A DNA stretch of 64,000 nucleotides, from positions 2,584 through 66,583 of the IMG/VR virus record IMGVR_UViG_3300021425_000031; one strand, 5' to 3'. This DNA comes from a virus. Numbering within the stretch: position 1 is the stretch's first letter; each line of letters begins with the position of its first letter. Below are positions 50,219-57,897 of this stretch, one piece after another. The translations under genes were made by a program, and so were the position numbers. Under the pieces are notes generated by a model that worked only from the letters and a program-made list of their open reading frames with translations, made no database searches and was not told the origin of the DNA.

Positions 50219-50362
50219 ATGCAAGTTCCCAATCGCTATCACCACTCTAAGAAAGAGCAGAAGCGGAAATTGAAACCGCAAGCACTCCGACAAGCAAAGG
50301 CACGCCGTCAAACATTTAAGAAAAAGCACTCCAAACGGAGTGTTTTTTTTATAAATATCTAA
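50219..50362 (+). CDS. small very basic protein (47 aa, not in ORF track)
   Basis: MQVPNRYHHSKKEQKRKLKPQALRQAKARRQTFKKKHSKRSVFFINI; the 3' end runs through a terminator. Confidence 0.6.
   Translation: MQVPNRYHHSKKEQKRKLKPQALRQAKARRQTFKKKHSKRSVFFINI
50323..50357 (+). terminator. intrinsic terminator immediately followed by a late promoter
   Basis: GCACTCC-aaac-GGAGTGT plus T run, then TATAAATA (50350-50357). Confidence 0.75.
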
Positions 50363-50376
50363 AAAGTCTTGTAAAA

Positions 50377-51141
50377 ATGAGAAATCAAGAAATCATTGGA
50401 TTAGTGGAAGCATATTCTTCGATTTATGCCAATCTTTCCGAATCACATTTCAAAGTTGGTGATGAAGTTGTTTGTAAAAAAAGTGGAATGGAAGGTGAGG
50501 TTGTAAAAGTTGATCCTGAAGAGAAAGGTAAGTATTATACCGTGAAACGTGAAGATGGTAAGATGGTAAAGTATGCTCCCGATGAGTTGAAACTTGATAA
50601 GGAAGAAGACGAAGAAGAGGGTGCGGATAAAGAGGAAGAAACTAAATTTCATTCCGAGCTAGATAAAATGGTTCATAAGACTTTTGGTAAGAGAAAAGAA
50701 GAGAAGGGAATGAAAGAAGAAGTTTCTGAGGATCTTCAACAAAAAGTAGGTAAAGTACTAGACGCTGCTGCTAAGAATCCTGTAGTAAAGGCAATTGGTA
50801 AGGTCATTGCTCCTGTTGGTAAGGGTAGAAAAACTCCAACGGCAACAAGTGGGGGATATCGTCCAGAAGAAGTAGAAGTTGATATTTTTGATGTTATTCT
50901 AGAGCACCTAGTCGCAGAAGGTTATGCTGACACCAATCAGGCAGCACTTGCTATTATGGCAAATATGAGTGAAGAGTGGAAGCAGAGTATTGTTGAAGCA
51001 TATGGTTCTTTCGGTGCTAATATGGCTGGCGCAGAACTTCAAAGAAGATAGACTGAAAAAGTCCGTCAGCAAGAAAGAGAAAAAATTGAGCAAGAAAAGA
51101 AAGGTGGATCTGGAGCATCTTCTCAGGTAAAAGGTGCCTGA
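50377..51141 (+). CDS. late modular protein, paralog A (in-frame TAG at 51049-51051; frame continues to TGA at 51141)
   Basis: SH3/KOW-like segment (FKVGDEV...), a 39-aa block shared with 53570..54463, and 29 further sense codons after the TAG ending KGA* like the paralog's KGV*. Confidence 0.75.
50881..50997 (+). repeat. 117-nt dispersed repeat, copy 1 (copy 2 at 54197-54313)
   Basis: Encodes DIFDVILEHLVAEGYADTNQAALAIMANMSEEWKQSIVE, with a 28-nt identical core ATTATGGCAAATATGAGTGAAGAGTGGA. Confidence 0.9.
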
Positions 51142-51142
51142 G

Positions 51143-51197
51143 TCCACTTTCCAAACTGTCCACTAGGGGGGGTCGCAAGACCTCCTTTTTGTATAAT
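51143..51197 (+). promoter_or_regulatory. composite element: conserved upstream motif + terminator hairpin + -10 box
   Basis: TCCACTTTCCAAACTGTC (identical at 54464), hairpin GGGGGTC-gcaa-GACCTCC-T5, TATAAT at 51192. Confidence 0.75.
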
Positions 51198-51220
51198 ACG
51201 GTCATTCAAACCAAATCACT

Positions 51221-53365
51221 ATGACCGTTCGCCACGAAATCAAGTCCCAACTTGCTAAACTTCTTGCCACCGAAGACCTTGTGGTGGAGCATAAGAAAGT
51301 AGAGACTGCTTACTTCAATGTCCATACTCGTGTGCTGACTCTGCCGATGTGGGAGAAGGCAAGCAGCACCGTCTATGACCTTCTGGTGGGTCACGAGGTC
51401 GGTCACGCACTTTACACTCCCGATGGGGATTGGTTAAAGGAGCACAAGATTCCACCGCAGTTTGTGAATGTGGTTGAGGATGCTCGCATTGAGAAACTGA
51501 TGAAGCGTCGTTATGCTGGTCTCGCCAAGACCTTCTATAATGGTTACAAGGAGTTGTCTGATGAAGACTTTTTCCAACTCGAAGATGAAGATATTACTAC
51601 CTATAATCTTGCCGATAAGGTCAATCTATATTACAAGATTGGGAACTTTGTAGATGTTCCTTTTAATGATTTTGATGAGATGCCCATCGTTCGTATGATC
51701 GGTGAGTGTGAGACTTTCTCTGATGTTCTGATTGCCGCAGAATTTCTCTACAAGTTCTGTAAGAAAAAACAGCAAGAAGAAACCAAGACTCCGATGGATG
51801 ATTTGGAGTCGCAACAGAGTGGTAGCAATCAACCTGCTTCTGATTTCTCCGATCAACCTGAAGGTGAGAATGAAGGTGAACAGGAGCAACCTAGTGAAAC
51901 TGAGTCTTATGGTGGCACTGCTGAGCAGGAGAAACAACCCACTTCTATGGGTGGTCAAACCAATGAAGAACCCGAAGTGAAAACTATGGAATCGCTTGAG
52001 GAAGCACTCAAGGACTTGGTTGATCACAATGGTATTGAGAATGTTTATTTGGAACTTCCTAAACTTGACCTGAATAAAATTATTGTTCCTAACTCCGAAA
52101 TCCACGACAAGTGTAAAGAATACTGGGGTTCTTGGATGGAAGAACAGGAATATACCACCGAAGAAATCTTTGGTGAAGTTGATAAGAAGTTCGTGGAATT
52201 TAAGCGTTCTGCACAGAAAGAAGTCAACTATCTGGTCAAAGAGTTTGAGTGTCGCAAGGCAGCAGACTCCTATGCCCGTGCCACCACTGCCCGCACTGGT
52301 GTATTGGACTGCACCAAACTTCATACCTACAAGTACAATGAAGACCTCTTTAAGAAGGTCACCACTCTTGCTGATGGTAAGAATCACGGTCTGGTGTTTA
52401 TCCTTGACTGGTCTGGTTCTATGGGCGATGTGATGTCTGATACTGTCAAACAACTCTTTAATCTTGTTTGGTTCTGTAAGAAAGTTGCCATTCCTTTTGA
52501 GGTTTATGCTTTCACCAATGACTATCCTCTGGTGAAATATGATGAAGATAACAAGGCATCTATCCGTGAACTTGCTTATACCAAGAAAGATGGTTTGGTT
52601 CAGGTTGGCGAGTGGTTCTCTCTGATGAATATTCTTACCAGCAAGACTAATGGTAAGACACTGGAAGAACAGATGAAAAACATTTTCCGTCTTGCCACTG
52701 CCTTCCGATATAACTGCTATACCCAATACAACATTCCCCATGGTCTGAGTCTTTCTGGCACCCCTCTGAATGAAACTCTTGTTGCCCTTCATCAAATTCT
52801 TCCTCAGTTCCAAAAGGAGAACAAACTCCAGAAAGTTCAGTGCGTCATTTTGACCGATGGTGAGGCGGCAATGCCCAAGTATCACCATGAAGTTCAGCGT
52901 CGTTGGGAAGATGAACCTTTTATGGGCACCAATTACATTGGACCCAACTCTTTTCTTCGTGACCGTAAGACTGGTATAACCTACTCTCTTGACTGTGAGT
53001 GGTATGAGTTTACTGATATTCTCCTCCACAACCTTCGTGACAAGTTTAAGGATATCAACTTCATTGGCATCCGTGTGCTTGAGTCCCGTGATGCTGGTAG
53101 TTTTATTCGCCGTTACTGCGGGTATTATGGACCCGAGTATGAAAAGACTATTGGTATTTGGAGAAAGCAACGGGCATTTACCATTAAGAAGTCTGGGTAT
53201 CATTCTTACTTCGGTCTTTCTGCTAATGCTCTGGCACAAGATGCTGACTTTGAGGTTGCTGAGGATGCCACTAAGACTCAAATCAAAAGTGCTTTTGCCA
53301 AGAGCCTTAAGTCCAAGAAGATGAATAAAAAGATTCTTGGAGAGTTTGTAGAACTTGTTGCCTGA
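51221..53365 (+). CDS. CobT-like protein: HExxH metallopeptidase-like N-terminus, acidic linker, vWA domain
   Basis: GHEVGH, NVVEDARIE, acidic linker, MIDAS motif DWSGS...SGTPL...LTDGE. Confidence 0.85.
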   Translation: MTVRHEIKSQLAKLLATEDLVVEHKKVETAYFNVHTRVLTLPMWEKASSTVYDLLVGHEVGHALYTPDGDWLKEHKIPPQFVNVVEDARIEKLMKRRYAGLAKTFYNGYKELSDEDFFQLEDEDITTYNLADKVNLYYKIGNFVDVPFNDFDEMPIVRMIGECETFSDVLIAAEFLYKFCKKKQQEETKTPMDDLESQQSGSNQPASDFSDQPEGENEGEQEQPSETESYGGTAEQEKQPTSMGGQTNEEPEVKTMESLEEALKDLVDHNGIENVYLELPKLDLNKIIVPNSEIHDKCKEYWGSWMEEQEYTTEEIFGEVDKKFVEFKRSAQKEVNYLVKEFECRKAADSYARATTARTGVLDCTKLHTYKYNEDLFKKVTTLADGKNHGLVFILDWSGSMGDVMSDTVKQLFNLVWFCKKVAIPFEVYAFTNDYPLVKYDEDNKASIRELAYTKKDGLVQVGEWFSLMNILTSKTNGKTLEEQMKNIFRLATAFRYNCYTQYNIPHGLSLSGTPLNETLVALHQILPQFQKENKLQKVQCVILTDGEAAMPKYHHEVQRRWEDEPFMGTNYIGPNSFLRDRKTGITYSLDCEWYEFTDILLHNLRDKFKDINFIGIRVLESRDAGSFIRRYCGYYGPEYEKTIGIWRKQRAFTIKKSGYHSYFGLSANALAQDADFEVAEDATKTQIKSAFAKSLKSKKMNKKILGEFVELVA

Positions 53366-53398
53366 TAAATACTCTTACAGAATTCAATCAATTATCCG

Positions 53399-53548
53399 AT
53401 GAGTAGATTCACTGACCTATTCCAACCAAATCCAGAATCAGTTGTTAAAGAACCAGTAAAGAATAAGGCATCTTCTAAACCCAATGCTAAAATTATTGAG
53501 ATTGATAGGTGGAAAACTACAAAAACAAATAAAAAAACCAATAAATAA
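53399..53548 (+). CDS. hypothetical 49-aa protein (not in ORF track)
   Basis: MSRFTDLFQPNPESVVKEPVKNKASSKPNAKIIEIDRWKTTKTNKKTNK; follows ATAAATA at 53365. Confidence 0.55.
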   Translation: MSRFTDLFQPNPESVVKEPVKNKASSKPNAKIIEIDRWKTTKTNKKTNK

Positions 53549-53569
53549 AAATATAGTAAAATAAGAAAA

Positions 53570-54463
53570 ATGAATTCGCATCAAGTAAACGATTTAAAGA
53601 TTCTTTATCATGCAGTTTATGATGAAAATCTTAGAGAGCAAGCGGAAGAGTACAATAACACTCTTTTTGATGGGGACATTGTAGAAGTTGCAACAGAATA
53701 TTTTTACACTTATGGACTCAATGAAGATGGTATTGATATTCTGATTGAAAAGGTTGGTCTTGATAATTTTGTAGAATTTGTTTATGGTCTTTCTGAAGAT
53801 TTAACAGTTCTTACTGAGGCAAGAGCAGCAAGAAGAAGAAAAGGCGGAGAATCTTATGAAGAGGTAAAAGCAAAAATTGATGCTAAAGAAGCGGCAAAGA
53901 AAAAAGCAAAGGAAGAAGCACGAAAAAGATCTGAAACTGAAAATAAGGAACCAGAATCAAAGGGTGCCGATACCGAAGCAAAAAAAGAGCAACCAAAGAA
54001 AAAACCAATTCGTGATGCAATTGCAAGACAAGTTCTTGCTGGAATGGAGCGTCATCGTAAAGCAATGGAACTTGTTGGAGAAACTGGTAAAACAGTTGCA
54101 AAGGCAGCAGCAGTAACTCATGAAGCAGGTCGTCGTGCAGGTGAGCACGTTAAAAAGCATGGTTTAAAATCTCTTGCAAATGAAGAGTTTGAAGGTGATA
54201 TGTTTGATTATATCCTTGAGCACCTGGTTGCTGAAGGGTATGCTGACACCAATGAGAACGCTTTGAAGATTATGGCAAATATGAGTGAAGAGTGGAGACA
54301 GAGTATTGTTGAGCAACTTTCTCCAGAACAGGAAGGTCGCAGACGTGAATTGAGTAAGATGATTAACAGAGCTGGAACTCCAAAGGGTATGCCTCTTGAT
54401 AGTCCCCAACTCAAAGATATGCGGGGTGAGTACATTAAACTTCAAAAACTGAAAGGAGTTTGA
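53570..54463 (+). CDS. late modular protein, paralog B
   Basis: ATAAATA at 53541; alternating acidic and basic segments; shares the EHLVAEGYADTN...MANMSEEW.QSIVE block with 50377. Confidence 0.8.
   Translation: MNSHQVNDLKILYHAVYDENLREQAEEYNNTLFDGDIVEVATEYFYTYGLNEDGIDILIEKVGLDNFVEFVYGLSEDLTVLTEARAARRRKGGESYEEVKAKIDAKEAAKKKAKEEARKRSETENKEPESKGADTEAKKEQPKKKPIRDAIARQVLAGMERHRKAMELVGETGKTVAKAAAVTHEAGRRAGEHVKKHGLKSLANEEFEGDMFDYILEHLVAEGYADTNENALKIMANMSEEWRQSIVEQLSPEQEGRRRELSKMINRAGTPKGMPLDSPQLKDMRGEYIKLQKLKGV
54197..54313 (+). repeat. 117-nt dispersed repeat, copy 2
   Basis: Encodes DMFDYILEHLVAEGYADTNENALKIMANMSEEWRQSIVE. Confidence 0.9.
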
Positions 54464-54520
54464 TCCACTTTCCAAACTGTCACATGGGGCACTTACCTGC
54501 CCCTTTTTTGTGGGTATAAT
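54464..54520 (+). promoter_or_regulatory. composite element: conserved upstream motif + terminator hairpin + -10 box
   Basis: TCCACTTTCCAAACTGTC, hairpin GGGGCA-cttacc-TGCCCC-T6, TATAAT at 54515. Confidence 0.75.
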
Positions 54521-54554
54521 ATGGGAGTTCAAATGAAACACACCTAACTACATC

Positions 54555-55685
54555 ATGCCTCGTAAAATTTCTGTGACCGACGAACAACTCATCTCCGATC
54601 TTAAATCTTTATTTGGTACAGAGTTTTCTGCTGGTGATATTCGCGGTTATTGTGCATCTAAGGGCATTTCTTACCCCACCGTAACTAACCGTCTTGAACC
54701 TTTTAAGACTGCTCGTGGTCGTTGGAATCTTGAAGTGACTGAAGAACGTGTCGAAGAGATTGAGCGTTCTTATCAGGCACCTGCTGCTCTCCCTGCTGTG
54801 GAACAAAACCTTATTCCAGAAAAAGATGATACCTTCGTCAAGTTTGGTAATTTTAACGATATTAAGAAAATTATTCAGTCCAATCTATTTTACCCTACGT
54901 TCATTACGGGTCTTTCGGGTAATGGTAAAACGTTCAGTGTGGAGCAAGCGTGTGCTCAACTTAAGCGTGAACTGATTCGTGTAAATATTACTATCGAAAC
55001 TGATGAAGATGACCTTATCGGTGGTTTCCGCCTTGTTGATGGGAACACTGCATGGCATAACGGTCCCGTCATCGAAGCACTGGAGCGAGGAGCAATCCTT
55101 CTCCTTGATGAAATCGATCTTGCTTCCAATAAGATCCTCTGCCTTCAGTCCATTCTAGAAGGTAAGGGAGTCTTCTTGAAAAAGATTGGTAAGTGGGTAA
55201 AACCTACCGCTGGTTTCAATGTGATTGCTACTGCCAACACCAAGGGTAAGGGTAGTGACGATGGGCGCTTCATCGGCACTAATGTGCTCAATGAGGCATT
55301 CCTGGAGCGTTTTCCTGTGACCTTTGAGCAGTCCTATCCTGCTCCTGCCACCGAACAGAAGATCCTGGAAGGGGTTGCTCTGGATCTTGGGGTGGAAGAT
55401 CGTGACTTCTGTAAGCGCCTGGTGGACTGGGGCGATATTATCCGCAAGACCTTCTATGATGGTGGTATTGAGGAAATCATCAGCACCCGTCGTCTTGTTC
55501 ACATCATCCGTGCCTACAGCATCTTCCAAGACAAGGCAAAGGCAATTCAAGTTTGCGTGAATCGATTTGATGACGAAACCAAGCAAGCATTTCTGGAACT
55601 TTATGATAAGGTAGATGCTGATTTCCAAATGCCGTCGCAACCTGAACTGACTGTAGAATACGTTGACTATCCCACTCAAATTTGA
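54555..55685 (+). CDS. cobS: MoxR-family AAA+ ATPase, phage CobS-like
   Basis: Walker A GLSGNGKT, ETDEDDLIGG, Walker B LLLDEID, NEAFLERF, ISTRRL. Confidence 0.9.
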   Translation: MPRKISVTDEQLISDLKSLFGTEFSAGDIRGYCASKGISYPTVTNRLEPFKTARGRWNLEVTEERVEEIERSYQAPAALPAVEQNLIPEKDDTFVKFGNFNDIKKIIQSNLFYPTFITGLSGNGKTFSVEQACAQLKRELIRVNITIETDEDDLIGGFRLVDGNTAWHNGPVIEALERGAILLLDEIDLASNKILCLQSILEGKGVFLKKIGKWVKPTAGFNVIATANTKGKGSDDGRFIGTNVLNEAFLERFPVTFEQSYPAPATEQKILEGVALDLGVEDRDFCKRLVDWGDIIRKTFYDGGIEEIISTRRLVHIIRAYSIFQDKAKAIQVCVNRFDDETKQAFLELYDKVDADFQMPSQPELTVEYVDYPTQI

Positions 55686-55691
55686 TATAAT
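55663..55691 (+). promoter_or_regulatory. sigma70-type promoter
   Basis: TTGACT, 17-nt spacer, TATAAT; followed by a GGGGGA..TCCCCC hairpin. Confidence 0.7.
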
Positions 55692-55721
55692 TGGGGGAGG
55701 TATATTCCCCCCTTTATTATT

Positions 55722-56132
55722 ATGGACGAGCACTCCTACGGGACTGAATATTTGTTTTCAGTCAACACAAACGATATGATTGAAATTGAAAAACGACCTG
55801 TAACTATGAACGAATCTACTAATCATCTTTGGAAATATAATGAAGATAAAATCCTGAAAGACGTTCAGGACTATGTGATAAGCACTTATCACGGTCACTA
55901 CTGTGGGGATGAAGATGGTTACAATGACATTCAAACTATTGACCTGATGGCAGCGAAGAAACTTGCCGCTGGCTTCTGTCAAGCAAATATCCTGAAATAT
56001 GGAAGTCGTTATGGTGACAAAGATGGGCGTAACAAGCGTGACCTGATGAAAGTGATTCATTATGCTATGCTTCTGCTCCACTTTGACGGTCACTATTCCC
56101 GTAAAGATAATGGTCTGACTGAATTCCGCTGA
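55722..56132 (+). CDS. DUF3310-like protein (putative nucleotide kinase family)
   Basis: HY...IQTID, FCQANILKY.SRYG.K.G...DL.K..HYA pattern; the true start may be further downstream. Confidence 0.65.
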   Translation: MDEHSYGTEYLFSVNTNDMIEIEKRPVTMNESTNHLWKYNEDKILKDVQDYVISTYHGHYCGDEDGYNDIQTIDLMAAKKLAAGFCQANILKYGSRYGDKDGRNKRDLMKVIHYAMLLLHFDGHYSRKDNGLTEFR

Positions 56133-56134
56133 TT

Positions 56135-56821
56135 ATGAAAATCCAAAACAAAACTATGAAACTCTCTGACAACACCCTGACTATTCTCAAGAACTTTGCT
56201 GGAATCAACAACTCTATTCTTGTAAAGCGGGGTAATAAACTTCGCACGATTTCTGTCGCTAAAAATATTTTGGCCGAGGCAGATATCACTGAAGAGTTTC
56301 CTCGTGACTTTGCCATTTACGATCTCAATCAATTTCTGAATGGTCTGAGTCTTCACAATGACCCCGACCTTGATTTCAAAGAAGATTCTTATCTGAGTAT
56401 CAAAGAAGGTAAGCGTCGTGTGAAGTATTTCTTTGCCGATCCTAACGTCATTATCTCTCCTCCAGATAAAGGTATTCAACTTCCTTCTAAGGATGTTTGT
56501 TTCCAACTAGACAGCACTTCTCTAGAGAAACTGGTGAAGGCAGCAGCAGTGTATCAACTCCCCGATCTTTCTGCTATTGGTGAGGCAGGTGTTGTGAAAC
56601 TGGTGGTTCGTGACAAGAAGAATGATACTTCTAACGAATATGCCATTGTGGTTGGGGAGACCGACCAGGAGTTTACCTTCAACTTCAAGGTAGAAAACAT
56701 CAAGATTATTCCTGGTGCCTATGATGTTGTAGTGTCTTCTAAACTTCTGTCGCAGTTCACTAATACCAAATACAATCTAATTTATTATATCGCTCTGGAA
56801 CCTGATTCCACTTTTGGTTGA
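56135..56821 (+). CDS. gp45: sliding clamp gp45
   Basis: MKLS..TL.ILKNFA.IN.SI, FAIYDLNQFL, YYIALE; alternative start at 56156. Confidence 0.95.
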   Translation: MKIQNKTMKLSDNTLTILKNFAGINNSILVKRGNKLRTISVAKNILAEADITEEFPRDFAIYDLNQFLNGLSLHNDPDLDFKEDSYLSIKEGKRRVKYFFADPNVIISPPDKGIQLPSKDVCFQLDSTSLEKLVKAAAVYQLPDLSAIGEAGVVKLVVRDKKNDTSNEYAIVVGETDQEFTFNFKVENIKIIPGAYDVVVSSKLLSQFTNTKYNLIYYIALEPDSTFG

Positions 56822-57252
56822 TGGAATTTCTTCTTTATTTTTCTACCCAAGGAATGGAGATCTATAATATGATTTCCAAAAAAATTCGGGTAGTTGAAAA
56901 TACACCAATATGTCAAAAATATGATATATTTGGTTGGTATGATAATCGATCAAAAACTATAGTATTTTGTACTGATAAGATTCTTTCAAAACCAAATCCA
57001 CATTACAATTTTAATATGGTTTTATTTCACGAATCTGTTCATGTTGCTCAGGCATGTAAACAAAATATGAGAGAAATTAAAGCATTTGGAATTTCTCCAT
57101 TTGCGATGAGTCTTTCTGAAAATTTGGAAAAAGATTTAAAAGTTTCAGTAAAAAACTTTGGTTCCACTATTGCCAATATAGAAAGAGAAGCATTTTGGAT
57201 GGAAACTAATCCAGATAAAGTAAAGTACGTACTTCAAAAGTATTGTTTCTGA
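56821..57252 (+). CDS. hypothetical protein with an HExxH zinc-metallopeptidase-like motif
   Basis: LFHESVHVAQAC followed by a downstream EREA; more AT-rich than its neighbours. Confidence 0.65.
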   Translation: MEFLLYFSTQGMEIYNMISKKIRVVENTPICQKYDIFGWYDNRSKTIVFCTDKILSKPNPHYNFNMVLFHESVHVAQACKQNMREIKAFGISPFAMSLSENLEKDLKVSVKNFGSTIANIEREAFWMETNPDKVKYVLQKYCF

Positions 57253-57262
57253 GGAACTAACT

Positions 57263-57775
57263 TTGAATATCTTTGTCACTTCCCCTTGGCCCGCAGAGAG
57301 TGCCATTTGTCTCCCCGACAAACACATTGTCAAAATGCCTCTAGAGTGCTGTCAGATGCTCTCTATCGTGGCATCAGAGAAGTGGGGGTACGGATATGGC
57401 ACTCTCCCTAAGGCAGATGGAACCTCCTACAAGACCGAGAAAGGAGCATTCCGCAATCATCCCTGTACCAAGTGGGCAATGGAGAGTATCCATAATGCCT
57501 ATTGGTTAATCAAATGGGGATTGAATTTGTCAGATGAATACTGCCTGCGGTATAATAAAACTCACTCCTGTTACAAAACACTTGTGAATGCATATTATTT
57601 GTTTCCAAAAGGTAAGATTACAGAAGTGACTCCATTTGCTAGGGCAATGCCTGAAGAATGGAAATTTGATGAAAGCATTGATACATTCACTGCTTATAAA
57701 AGGTATATCGCATCCAAACCTTGGGTTGCATCTAATTATCTTCGTATGCCGCAACGAAAACCTGATTGGGTATGA
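57263..57775 (+). CDS. pyrimidine-dimer DNA glycosylase family (DenV/endonuclease V-like)
   Basis: MNIF......SA..L.DKHIVKMPLE..QMLS, NHPCT.W; TTG start with GAGGA RBS. Confidence 0.75.
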   Translation: MNIFVTSPWPAESAICLPDKHIVKMPLECCQMLSIVASEKWGYGYGTLPKADGTSYKTEKGAFRNHPCTKWAMESIHNAYWLIKWGLNLSDEYCLRYNKTHSCYKTLVNAYYLFPKGKITEVTPFARAMPEEWKFDESIDTFTAYKRYIASKPWVASNYLRMPQRKPDWV

Positions 57776-57894
57776 TGCACAATAAAGGCGACATTTTCCT
57801 TGACAAGGATACACATAAGTTGTATATTTTTGATGGGAATGAATGGTGGGAGATTATCCCCACCTGTGAATTGAAAAAACCAGAATGGGTCTAA
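57772..57894 (+). CDS. hypothetical 40-aa protein (not in ORF track)
   Basis: MMHNKGDIFLDKDTHKLYIFDGNEWWEIIPTCELKKPEWV; overlaps the upstream stop and fills the gap up to gp44. Confidence 0.65.
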   Translation: MMHNKGDIFLDKDTHKLYIFDGNEWWEIIPTCELKKPEWV

Positions 57895-57897
57895 ATT

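Noticed and set aside
51626-53281. 551-aa minus-strand ORF as a real gene
   Set aside because: It is in exact codon register with the vWA gene and explained by avoidance of TTA, CTA and TCA. It has no recognisable motifs. Kept only as a codon-usage observation.
54555-55685. cobS as evidence of phage cobalamin biosynthesis
   Set aside because: No cobN or other cob genes are in the window, and the motifs only support a generic MoxR AAA+ ATPase.
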